A stretch of DNA of 64,000 nt from positions 4,297-68,296 of the forward strand of contig CALBPU010000181.1 in NCBI GenBank assembly GCA_937899395.1, written 5' to 3'. Positions 1 to 9,100 of this stretch are shown piece after piece (position 1 is the stretch's first letter; each line of letters starts with the position of its first letter). The translations under genes and the position numbers were made by a program. The DNA is from an uncultured Fretibacterium sp. (GTDB lineage Bacteria > Synergistota > Synergistia > Synergistales > Aminobacteriaceae). The notes under the pieces are model-generated. The model was not told the origin of the DNA and searched no databases. It saw only the letters and a program-made list of their open reading frames with translations.

Positions 1-267
1 GGTTCCGCCGTCTTTCTTTGCATCTTTAACGCGCCTTGTTCCAACAGCACCGCCGTTACCGTTTACATTAGAGACGACGAAGTTTGGAGGAAGTTTTTTG
101 CTGAGTTTATCAGCGAATAACCTTGCGTTGAAATCAGTATCGCCGCCTGCTCCGGCAGGGACAACAATCTCAACATTTTTCGGCCATGAAACATCAGCCG
201 AAGCGACACACGATAGCAGCATAACTGCTAAAACGAACGATAAAAGAACAACTACAAATTTTTTCAT
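1..267 (-). CDS. Tripartite tricarboxylate transporter substrate-binding protein (TctC/Bug family), N-terminal part; gene runs off the window start
   Basis: Own translation of the minus strand from ATG (rc of 265-267): MKKFVVVLLSFVLAVMLLSCVASADVSWPKNVEIVVPAGAGGDTDFNARLFADKL... This gives a signal peptide with an LLSC lipobox-like Cys, then the PAGAGGxTD..AR motif typical of Bug/TctC binding proteins. GGAGG lies 9 nt upstream of the ATG. The gene is absent from the ORF track because it is open at the window edge. Confidence 0.6.
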   Translation of the reverse strand, partial: MKKFVVVLLSFVLAVMLLSCVASADVSWPKNVEIVVPAGAGGDTDFNARLFADKLSKKLPPNFVVSNVNGNGGAVGTRRVKDAKKDGGT

Positions 268-392
268 AAGGTTTTACCTCCATAAATTAAAGTGAATTAA
301 TTTTTATTATAATTAAATCCTTGTAAAAGTAAAATTAATAGTTATAATTTTAATTATTAGAAAAAATTATATTGAAATGGAATGATGTTATT

Positions 393-1310
393 ATGGACGA
401 CAGATATTTGAGTTATTTTATGGAAATTGCAAAGCAGAAAAATATTTCAAAGGCTGCTACGTATCTTTTTGTAACGCAGTCATCATTAAGTCAATTTCTT
501 GCAAAAGAAGAAGAGGAGCTGGGAGTAAAATTATTCATCAGGGATAAAAAAGGGTTGAAGCTGACACAGGCAGGAGAGTTATATAAAGATGCCTGCGAAA
601 AAATGCTTGAAACAAGAGCAGGGCTTTATCATTCGCTTGCTGACTTGGAACAATCAAAAACCGGCGTAACAAAAGTCGGAATTACTCCGCAATGGGGAGG
701 TATAGCTTTTGCAAACATAATGCCGAAATTTCTCAAAAAATATCCTTTGACATCAATAAAATTTATTGAGGAGACAGCACACCCTCTTCTTGAAGCTATT
801 TCTGGAAATGAAATTGATTTAGCTCTTGTTGCCCTTGATACAGATACATCGATGCAATATCCGAAATTAAAAATTCAAAACGAAGAATTATTGCTCGCTG
901 TTCCAGAAAGTTTTGCTAACGATAAAGGGATTTGCGACGACGATAATAATATTTTTCCGACTGAGAGGCTGAATATTTTTCAGGATTGTCCTTTTATACT
1001 TTCAAGAGAACGAACAATGATTCGCGATATTACAGATGATATGTTTCGGGCAGCAGGATTTATGCCGAAAGTTGTATGTGAGATGAATAATCACCTTGCA
1101 TCTCTTGAAATGACATCAAACGGTCTTGGAATATCAATTATCCCTCGATGTTACGTTATGAAGGATTACAAAATAAAATATATCTCCATAGCTCCGCATT
1201 GGTATTGGGAAATTTCAATCGTAATGCGAAGAGGTTACGAACTAAGCCAAGCTGATCAATATATGATTCAACTTTTACGAGAATATTATATTGCTGAGCA
1301 GAATTTATAA
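393..1310 (+). CDS. LysR-family transcriptional regulator
   Basis: ORF 372-1310; likely ATG at 393. The N-terminal wHTH is MDDRYLSYFMEIAKQKNISKAATYLFVTQSSLSQFLAKEEEELGVKLFIR. A co-inducer-domain-sized C-terminus of about 200 aa follows. It is divergent from the TctC gene, the classic LysR arrangement. Confidence 0.85.
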   Translation: MDDRYLSYFMEIAKQKNISKAATYLFVTQSSLSQFLAKEEEELGVKLFIRDKKGLKLTQAGELYKDACEKMLETRAGLYHSLADLEQSKTGVTKVGITPQWGGIAFANIMPKFLKKYPLTSIKFIEETAHPLLEAISGNEIDLALVALDTDTSMQYPKLKIQNEELLLAVPESFANDKGICDDDNNIFPTERLNIFQDCPFILSRERTMIRDITDDMFRAAGFMPKVVCEMNNHLASLEMTSNGLGISIIPRCYVMKDYKIKYISIAPHWYWEISIVMRRGYELSQADQYMIQLLREYYIAEQNL

Positions 1311-1364
1311 TAATTTTTTTCTATATATGGCATTTGTACGAAATCTAACGTTAATCCATAACCG

Positions 1365-1916
1365 TCAACTATAGCAAACCTCAATTATTATTATCGTTCC
1401 AATCACGGTAGAGATTATCGTGTGAATTTCGCTCCGCATTAAAATTTTTCCGTCAAAATTTCCCCTTAAGTCCTCAAATTTTAATGATAACGGATAAAAC
1501 CTTTTCACCCGTTCGCAATATTTTTCGTATTCATGGCCGAATTTAGAGCGCAAAAAATTTTCCTCATGAGGAATTATTACAAGAACATATAAAACATAAA
1601 AGCTGACTATGAAAATTATTACGGCGTTTAATCCTGCTATTATGCTCCAGCCTAAACCGATTAAAAAATTCCCGAAATATAACGGATTTCTCATCAAAGC
1701 ATACGGGCCTGTCGTAGCAAGTTTCAATGCTTTAACATTTTCTCCCCTGTATAATCCTATAAAACCTGCTGACCAACATCGCCATAATTGCCCGATTAAT
1801 ATTATTATCAGAGAAACAAAAATTTTTTCGAGAGATGATTCCTGAGCCATGAACAAAATTATTACAAATAATAACGTCCATAGCCCTCCTCGCATTTTGA
1901 AAACCCATTCACGCAT
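1365..1916 (-). CDS. Isoprenylcysteine carboxyl methyltransferase (ICMT)/phospholipid methyltransferase-family membrane protein
   Basis: ORF 1365-1949, polytopic. The C-terminal motif MRNPLYFGNFLIGLGW...PHEENFLRSKFGHEYEKYCERVKRFYP is typical of the ICMT/PEMT family. The likely start is the internal Met (MREWVF), which overlaps the upstream gene by 8 nt. Confidence 0.7.
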   Translation of the reverse strand: MREWVFKMRGGLWTLLFVIILFMAQESSLEKIFVSLIIILIGQLWRCWSAGFIGLYRGENVKALKLATTGPYALMRNPLYFGNFLIGLGWSIIAGLNAVIIFIVSFYVLYVLVIIPHEENFLRSKFGHEYEKYCERVKRFYPLSLKFEDLRGNFDGKILMRSEIHTIISTVIGTIIIIEVCYS

Positions 1917-2955
1917 CTTCAACCGACGCCCCTTTGTGTAAATTTTCACTCACTCCCCAACCTAACATACGAATTACTACTACAACGCCCATGAAAATTG
2001 AAATATAATCCGTGAAAAATCTGCATATTATTGACATTATTCCGGCCATATTTTCAGGCATTAAGATCGAATATAACAATGCTCCTCCCCCTTCTGCTAC
2101 TCCACTTGCTCCCGGTGTAGGAACAAAATATAAAATAAACATAAAAACTGCTTGAACCGCTATCGTTTGAATATATTTGAAAGGTAAACCTACCGCGCTC
2201 ATTAATACAGGCAAAACCGTAAACAATGCTAATAAATGTAAGACCGAAAGAATCGTCGCAAATGTCAGCCAAAGTTTTCCCGAATGAAATACTAATCTGA
2301 AATTCAAAATGTAATTATCAATTTCTTTATCGAGCCATTGAATAATTTTTATAACTGTCCGCTTAGAATTCATGATTTTGAATCTGCTCAACCACATCAC
2401 TATAACACGGCTTAATTTTTTTATGGCTTCAGGCTTGAGTATAGTGAAAATTACAAATACCCATGTTGCTAAAATTACAATGAAAACATAAAATACTAAT
2501 CCCTTCAAAAACGGGCTGCCTTCTAAAATATCAGGGTCAAGCATTAAAGCTATAGGAACTGAAAGCGTTAAAATTAAAATCGTCAACATCGTTCGCATTA
2601 ATGTTATAGCAATTCCCTTTCCTAATGGTATACCTTTTTTATAGAGAGCGTAAACCTGAAACGGCCCTCCTCCGCTCTGCATAGGTGTAACAGCACTGCC
2701 GAAATAATTCAGCCATGTTAAAACTATTCCTAAAGGAAACGAAACTCTTTCATGTGCCGCAAATGCCAATGCGCAAAATCTCCCTGCGTCAAATATCCAT
2801 GCAAGAAATACAACAAGAAGAGCCAGCAGAAGTTTTAATTTATTCGCTGCCAAAAGAGAGCGTATTGTTTCATGGTCAACGCTCCTGAAAATTATTATTG
2901 CTCCCATTCCGAAAGCCAGCAGTATAAAAATTATCAGACCTTTTCTAAGAGACAA
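1909..2955 (-). CDS. Flippase-like membrane protein (UPF0104 / lysylphosphatidylglycerol-synthase TM-region family)
   Basis: 348-aa polytopic ORF with the GGGPFQ...(Y/F)..PTPGASG(V/G)AEGG pattern I associate with TIGR00374-type proteins. It is translationally coupled to the ICMT-like gene. Confidence 0.6.
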   Translation of the reverse strand: MSLRKGLIIFILLAFGMGAIIIFRSVDHETIRSLLAANKLKLLLALLVVFLAWIFDAGRFCALAFAAHERVSFPLGIVLTWLNYFGSAVTPMQSGGGPFQVYALYKKGIPLGKGIAITLMRTMLTILILTLSVPIALMLDPDILEGSPFLKGLVFYVFIVILATWVFVIFTILKPEAIKKLSRVIVMWLSRFKIMNSKRTVIKIIQWLDKEIDNYILNFRLVFHSGKLWLTFATILSVLHLLALFTVLPVLMSAVGLPFKYIQTIAVQAVFMFILYFVPTPGASGVAEGGGALLYSILMPENMAGIMSIICRFFTDYISIFMGVVVVIRMLGWGVSENLHKGASVEDA

Positions 2956-3114
2956 ATCAAAAAATCCTCCGTAACGAATTTATTTTGTTATTATAACCTG
3001 TCTTTGAAATATTAACGGAAAATATGAAATTCTGAAATTCTGGAATTTGAAGATAACATGAATTTTTGGTATAGTTCCAAAATTAAATTATTTTCATTAA
3101 AAGGAGCGATAATT

Positions 3115-4527
3115 TTGCTTAGCAATATAAATTCTATCATTAACACTATCAGCGGCTTTTTATATGAACCGTATGTTGTACCGTTAATTCTTGTTTTGGC
3201 AGGGATTTTTTTCACGATCCGAATGAATTTCTTACAGTTCCGTCTTTTCGGCGAATCTGTCAGAGTCGTCTCTGAAAAACCTGTTAATCTCGAATCAACT
3301 TCATCATTCGGGGCTTTAATGGTTTCAACAGCTTCACGAGTTGGAACAGGAAATATCATGGGAGTTTCAACGGCCTTATGTCTCGGAGGAGCCGGCGCGA
3401 TATTTTGGATGTGGGTAACTGCATTGCTCGGAGGTGCTTCGGCATTTGTAGAATCAACTCTTGCTCAAATTTACAAGAAACGTTATTCTCAAGGACACAG
3501 CTACGGAGGCCCTTCCTATTACATGCAGGACGCAATCGGTCAACGTTGGCTCGGAATAATTTTCTCAATCGTTCTCATTTTAACTTACGTAGTCGGCTAT
3601 AACATGCTTGCAGCTTATAACACTCAAGATACTTTCTCTGTATTTTCTTTTTATACGACTTCAACACGCTATATAGTTGGTGCAGTGCTGGCGATTTTGT
3701 TTGCTTTTTGCGTTTTAGGTGGCGGAAGACGATTAACGAAGGTTACAGAAGTTCTTGTTCCTGTTATGGGTGTTATGTATGTCGCAGTATCTCTTGTTGT
3801 CGTAGCTATGAATATTCAAAGGGTTCCTGCTGTCTTCGGAATGATATTCGGTTCAGCTTTTGACTTCAAAGCAATATTCGGAGGCTTCACAGGTTCGTGT
3901 ATCATGTACGGAATTAAACGAGGGCTTTATTCAAACGAGGCCGGTATGGGTTCAGCTCCTAACGCGGCGGCGGCGGCAGATGTTTCACACCCTGCGAAAC
4001 AAGGACTTGTTCAAATGCTTTCCGTTTTCATTGATACATTGCTTATATGTTCGGCGACAGCTTTTATGTGTTTGTTCTCAGGTGTCGAGCCTACAGCTTC
4101 AGCAGCAGGTGCAGCCTATGTTCAATCAGCAACAAGAACAGCACTTGGAGATTTTGGGCCATTATTTGTTACTGTAGCGGTGTGTCTTTTTGCTTTCACA
4201 ACTTTAATTGGAAATTATTATTACACTGAAGGTTGTTTAAGATTTATACTTAACAGGGAACCGAGCAAAATTTTTATGACATGCTTCAGGCTTTTCGCAA
4301 CGTTTTTGGTCTTTATCGGAGCAGCGGTTTCGGCAGGTCTTGCATGGGATACTGCGGACTTGCTTCAGGCATTAATGGTCATAATTAACGTTCCCGTGAT
4401 CGTGATATTAACTAAACCTGCTATTAACGCTCTCAAAGATTACGAAGCTCAGAAAAAAGCAGGAAAGAATCCGATTTATATCGCTAAAAATAACGGTGTA
4501 GAAAACACTGACTTCTGGAAAAATTAA
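3115..4527 (+). CDS. Alanine/glycine:cation symporter (AGCS family, sodium:alanine symporter)
   Basis: ORF 3058-4527. Signature TASRVGTGNIMGVSTALCLGGAGAIFWMW plus GLYSNEAGMGSAPNAAAAA. The likely start is TTG 3115, preceded by AAAGGAG; the upstream 19 codons lack an RBS. Confidence 0.85.
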   Translation: MLSNINSIINTISGFLYEPYVVPLILVLAGIFFTIRMNFLQFRLFGESVRVVSEKPVNLESTSSFGALMVSTASRVGTGNIMGVSTALCLGGAGAIFWMWVTALLGGASAFVESTLAQIYKKRYSQGHSYGGPSYYMQDAIGQRWLGIIFSIVLILTYVVGYNMLAAYNTQDTFSVFSFYTTSTRYIVGAVLAILFAFCVLGGGRRLTKVTEVLVPVMGVMYVAVSLVVVAMNIQRVPAVFGMIFGSAFDFKAIFGGFTGSCIMYGIKRGLYSNEAGMGSAPNAAAAADVSHPAKQGLVQMLSVFIDTLLICSATAFMCLFSGVEPTASAAGAAYVQSATRTALGDFGPLFVTVAVCLFAFTTLIGNYYYTEGCLRFILNREPSKIFMTCFRLFATFLVFIGAAVSAGLAWDTADLLQALMVIINVPVIVILTKPAINALKDYEAQKKAGKNPIYIAKNNGVENTDFWKN

Positions 4528-4550
4528 CAAATTCTACAGGGCTTTGAGCA

Positions 4551-4910
4551 TTATAAAGAAGCACATTCATTGTAATAGGCATTCAGATTTTCAAAGCCCA
4601 TTTCTTTTACAGCCCATTCAGCCGCAACTGTCAACATCGGTAAAGCACTCATGCCCTTCACAGTCAGAGAATATTCAACATGCGGAGGAACTTCGTTAAA
4701 TTGCGTTCGAGTTATTAACCCGTCGGCTTCAAGTTCTTTGAGAGATTGTGAGAGCATCATATTTGTAATATCTCCTAATTTTCGTTTTATTGCTCCGTAA
4801 CGTTGATGCTTTTTGTTCGAGAGAATGCAAATTATAGGCAGCTTCCATTTCCCGCCGAAAGTTTTTGTTAAATACTTCAAAGGACATACGGTTCTATTTT
4901 CCGACATCAA
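4551..4910 (-). CDS. HxlR-family winged-helix transcriptional regulator
   Basis: 119 aa. CPLKYLTKTFGGKWKLPIICIL...RYGAIKRKLGDITNMMLSQSLKELEADGLITR...PPHVEYSLT is the canonical HxlR/DUF24 pattern. Confidence 0.85.
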   Translation of the reverse strand: MMSENRTVCPLKYLTKTFGGKWKLPIICILSNKKHQRYGAIKRKLGDITNMMLSQSLKELEADGLITRTQFNEVPPHVEYSLTVKGMSALPMLTVAAEWAVKEMGFENLNAYYNECASL

Positions 4911-5037
4911 TACTTCTTCTCCTTAAAATAAATATTTTTTTCGTATATAGTATGAAAAAACTGCGTAATTGCGAAAAAATTATCACGAAAATAAAATAAC
5001 ATTATAAAATAAAATTTCATGAGGAGGATAAATTATT

Positions 5038-5334
5038 ATGGAAATTAAAGTTGTAAAACTTTATGATGACGGTTTATTTGCAGGAGATTTCCTTATAATT
5101 ATTGCTGAAGGTGATGACGGAGTGTATTACATGATGCACGGCGATGTTACTTACAACGACACGGCATTAAAACGCAATAAACTCTCAATCGTTTTTGAAG
5201 ATTTGGAAGCTGCTCGCGATACTCTTAACAGGGTTCGTGAATTTGTGAAAAACAATCCGACCGTTTACCTTTCAACACATACTCCTGAAGGCTATAAAAA
5301 TCTCGAAGACAAAGTTATTATGAAATTGGATTAA
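5038..5334 (+). CDS. Small protein resembling only the C-terminal part of an MBL-fold hydrolase (possible gene remnant)
   Basis: 98 aa with a strong GGAGG RBS. GDVTYNDTALKRNKLS...VYLSTHTPEG resembles the last strands and last metal-ligand region of metallo-beta-lactamase-fold lactonases. The HxHxDH core is absent. Confidence 0.4.
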   Translation: MEIKVVKLYDDGLFAGDFLIIIAEGDDGVYYMMHGDVTYNDTALKRNKLSIVFEDLEAARDTLNRVREFVKNNPTVYLSTHTPEGYKNLEDKVIMKLD

Positions 5335-5339
5335 GAGCT

Positions 5340-6038
5340 ATGGAATTTGAGAAAGTTTTAGTTAATCGTGTTTCGACACGACAGTATAACGACAAAATGC
5401 CTGATGAAAAACTTATTCAGAAGGTAATCGACGCAGCATTTTTAGCACCTATTGTACGAATGCACAAACTTCATCTTTCAGTTGTAACAAACAAAGACGT
5501 TATGGAGTTGGCACAAGACGCAGCGGACAAAATTTTTCAAGCTCCTGACGCTATAATTTTTAGGAGGAATTTTTTTACAATGTCGGACAAAACAAAAATA
5601 GTCGAAGGACTTCAGGTAATCGTAACGGATCTTGCACAACAGGCAGACGGCCATGAAATTCAATCAAGGATTTTCGCTTCACTGGGCTTTAACAAACTTG
5701 CTGACAAATACGCAGAACATGCAAGCGAGGAAAGAGACTATGTGAAAAAATGCGTTGATAGGATTTTGGATTTAGGTTGCGAAGTTAAGATCGGCGCGAA
5801 AAAAGAATTACCAGTTTGCAATGACGCTCTTGAATTTGTGAAGTATGATCTTCAAGTTTCAAAGGACGGTCTTGCGTGGCTTGCAGAGCTGGTTGAATGT
5901 GCGAAAGGAGACCTCTCAACCTTTGATATTCTCAGTGCATATTACAAAGATGAAGAAGATGATATGTATTGGGGAGAACAGCAGCTCGAACTCATTAAAT
6001 TAATCGGAAAAGAAAACTGGTACACTTCATTAATGTAA
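5340..6038 (+). CDS. Chimeric protein: nitroreductase-like N-terminal segment fused to a bacterioferritin-like four-helix bundle with degenerate di-iron ligands
   Basis: Residues 1-75 (LVNRVSTRQYNDKMPDEKLIQKVIDAAFLAPIV) look like the start of a nitroreductase. Residues about 85-232 align by eye to E. coli Bfr: LGFNKLADKYAEHASEERDYVKKCVDRILDLG vs [33 protein letters not shown], and DEEDDMYWGEQQLELIKLIGKENW vs [24 protein letters not shown]. Confidence 0.5.
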   Translation: MEFEKVLVNRVSTRQYNDKMPDEKLIQKVIDAAFLAPIVRMHKLHLSVVTNKDVMELAQDAADKIFQAPDAIIFRRNFFTMSDKTKIVEGLQVIVTDLAQQADGHEIQSRIFASLGFNKLADKYAEHASEERDYVKKCVDRILDLGCEVKIGAKKELPVCNDALEFVKYDLQVSKDGLAWLAELVECAKGDLSTFDILSAYYKDEEDDMYWGEQQLELIKLIGKENWYTSLM

Positions 6039-6048
6039 AATAAAAATT

Positions 6049-6099
6049 CCCGTTGACGATAGAACATAAATAATAATTTTATCGCAACGGGATTTTTTT
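6049..6099. terminator. Bidirectional intrinsic terminator between convergent genes
   Basis: CCCGTTGaCGAT (6049-6060) pairs with ATCGCAACGGG (6081-6091). An A-run lies upstream and TTTTTTT downstream. Confidence 0.6.
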
Positions 6100-6109
6100 G
6101 CACCATAAA

Positions 6110-9100
6110 TTACTCTACAGCACTTAAATATAATTCTGATGTCTCAAATTTATCCGTCCTTGCTTGAACTTTGAAATCATCGTGAACAAATTCTGACGGA
6201 AGCGTAAATTTCATTTCATCTTCTTCATTATCGACGATTATTTCCTCAACAGCTTCATCATCAACGTATACATAAATTTCTTCGGGCAAAATTTCAACTT
6301 TTGAGCCGTCAGCATTAACCCATTCAGAAATTATAAATCTTACAGGCTGATTAATTTTCACTTCGATAAGGTCCTCGTCTTTTCCTTCACCCTGCCATAA
6401 AATATCCTCGCTCAAAACTTTAAGCTCCGTTATCATATATGAACCTGTTTGAGAAGAAATTTCGTTTAATTCGTTTTGTTTCATCAAAAATTCCTGAGGC
6501 GATATTTTCAACGGTAAAGAATTTTCATCTGTTAAATTATTACTGTCTTTAGAATCGTTTTGAGTTTTTGTTGATGTCGATGATTTTGCAACAGTAATCT
6601 TACATTTTTTTGAGGCAGCAGCTTTGTTCTTATCCGCAACTTTTAACGTAAATGAAAATGTCCCTGTCTTCGTCGGTTTACCCTTCAATGTAACTTTAGT
6701 CCCTTTAGTATCGGCACTGAGAGTTAAACCGTCAGGAATTTTTCCCGAACTCACTGACCACTTATAAGGCGATGTTCCTTTTGACACGGTTAAACTGCTC
6801 GAATATGATTTCTTTAACACTCCTGAAGCTGTTAATGTTCCGCTTATTGTTGTTTTAGTTACGGTTATAGCGTACTCGTTAGAAATGCTCGTGCCGTTTT
6901 TATCCGTAACTGTTAAAGAAAATTCAAATTTTCCTGCCTTAGTCGGTTTACCTGTAAGCTTTGCCGTTGCTCCTGAAGTTTTGAATGACAAGCCTGAAGG
7001 AATATTTCCGCTCTTTGACCACTTGTAACCTGCTTTTCCGCCCTTAACATTCACGCTGATGTCGTAGGATTTATTCACAATTCCTTTAGTGAAACTTCCG
7101 TTTAAGATCATTCTCACAACGTTTGTATCTCCGCAATAAATATTTACGAGATTCGGACAAGAGGTTGCGTCAATTTCAGAAATTAAATTTTGTGAACAGT
7201 CAAGAGTTGTTAAAGCGGTGTTCTTGCTGATGTTCAAGGCTGTCAAAGTGTTCGCATTACATAAAAGAGTTTTTAACTTTGTGTTTTTTGTAACGTTAAG
7301 GCTCTTGAGTTTATTGTTATGGCAATCAAGATAAGTGAGCTTTGTATTTTTCGTAACGTTCAAACTTGAAAGCGAATTATCCGAACATCTAAGCTCTTGA
7401 AGCGCCGTATTTTTCGTTAGGTCTAATTTTTTGATACCTGAACTTGAACAATCGAGCTTTTTCAATGATGTCAGATACTCAATGCCCTGAAGATTTTTTG
7501 TGTTGACATTAAGTTCTGTTAATCTCGCAATGTCCTTATCGGCTTTACGGAAAACGAAATTGCTTTTGCTTCCTCCGTAATTTGCATTTATATATCTAAG
7601 CTGTGTACGAAATTCATCGTCAGGGAAATGCACGTAGTCAATCGGTATATCACCTTCAGGACAAATTATTTCCATCACTTTTTCATCACAATTAAGAGTT
7701 TTTAATTTCTTGTTCGTGCTTGTATCAAGTTTATCAAGACTGTTTCTGTAACAATAAAGCGTTTTAAGCTCTGTGCAGTTTGTGATGTTTAATTCTTCGA
7801 GCTGGTTTCCACTACAATCAAGATATTTCAGCTTCGTATTTTTGCTCAAGTCTAATTTTTTGATCTGATTTTCGTTGCAAGACAAAGATGTCAGTTCCGT
7901 GAAATTTTCGATACCTGTAACGTCAGACATATTATAAAAATAGCCGGGAAAATCAAGATTTTTTATCCGCTCAATATCTTTGTCATCTTTACGGAAAACG
8001 AAATTGCTGTTGCTTCCACCATTGTAGCTATTAAGGTATGCTAAGTAGGCGCGAAAACCTACATCGGGAAAATGTACAGCATCGATAGGCAAATCACCTT
8101 CAGGGCAAATTATTTCCGTTACTTTGTCATCGCAAATAATCCATTGTAAATTCGGGCATGTGCTTGTGTCAAGGCGTGTGATTTCATTTTCAGCGCAGTT
8201 AATCTGTGTAAGCTCTGTGCAGTTATCAATGATTAATTCCGTGAGCTGATTGCCCTCACATTCCAACGTGTATAAGGCCGTGCCGCTGACATTCAGCTTC
8301 GTAAGATTATGATTATATAAGTCGCTAATACCTCTAAGAGAAGAACAGCCGCGTAAATCTAACTCCGTAACACTCTCAGGGATATATAATTCTTCAAGAG
8401 CCGTGCAGTTGTTTACGTACAAAGTTGTAAGAATATTTGAATCACATCTGAGAGTTTTAAGTTTTGTAAAATTTCTTACGCTCAAAAAATCAGCGTTGTT
8501 ATCGGAGCAGTCAAGATATTCAAGGTCAGCACAACCTGACATGTTAAACCATTCAAATTTGTTGTTGTAGCATGAGACACTTTTAAGAGCAGTACAGCCG
8601 CTAATGTTTAGAGAACCTCTGATTATGTTGTCGTAACAATTCAAAGTTTCAAGCTTTGTACAGCCGTTTACGTAAAGATTTTGAAGTTGATTGTCGGAAC
8701 ATTCAAGCAGAACGAGATTTTTCAATCCCATAACATTAAGCGTATTGAGATTGTTACTTGAGCAATTCAATTTTTCAAGAGACGTGAAGTAATTTATTCC
8801 GACTAAGCTTGAAATTGAATAACCCGATAAATTAAGTTCCTTAACCGAAGCAATTTGTTCTCTGGTTAAAACATAATTTTCAGTGTCGCCGTCTTTATCT
8901 CTGGAATTTCTTTGAAACAAATTAGCAAAAAACGATTTAAGAAGTTCTCTGAAAGTCATGTCGGGAATTTTCGCCGAATCATTTACATCGAGGCTTCCGT
9001 CATCACCTAAAGGATTATCATTTTCGGGTATAACAGGTTGAGCACTAACGATAATTTTGAAATCAACAGCAGTTCCATAACCTGCTAAATTGCTTCCTTG

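Larger units (their letters stand above)
7135..8850 (-). repeat. Leucine-rich-repeat coding arrays (three blocks) inside the 6110-9823 gene
   Basis: Tandem units of 21-23 aa such as LEKLNCSSNNLNTLNVMGLKN, LVLLECSDNQLQNLYVNGCTK and LTYLDCHNNKLKSLNVTKNTK. Confidence 0.75.

Noticed and set aside
98-295. 65-aa plus-strand ORF at the window start
   Set aside because: It lies antisense to a much better supported minus-strand gene (the TctC N-terminus, which has a signal peptide, family motif and RBS). It has low-complexity composition and no RBS.
344-357. Inverted repeat ATAATT-TT-AATTAT in the TctC/LysR divergent region as a LysR box
   Set aside because: Such a short AT-only palindrome is expected by chance in an intergenic region that is almost entirely A and T.
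2956-3114. Possible glycine riboswitch upstream of the sodium:alanine symporter gene
   Set aside because: AGCS genes are often glycine-riboswitch controlled. But this leader is very AT-rich and short, and I could find none of the conserved GGAGAG / CACCG-type elements.
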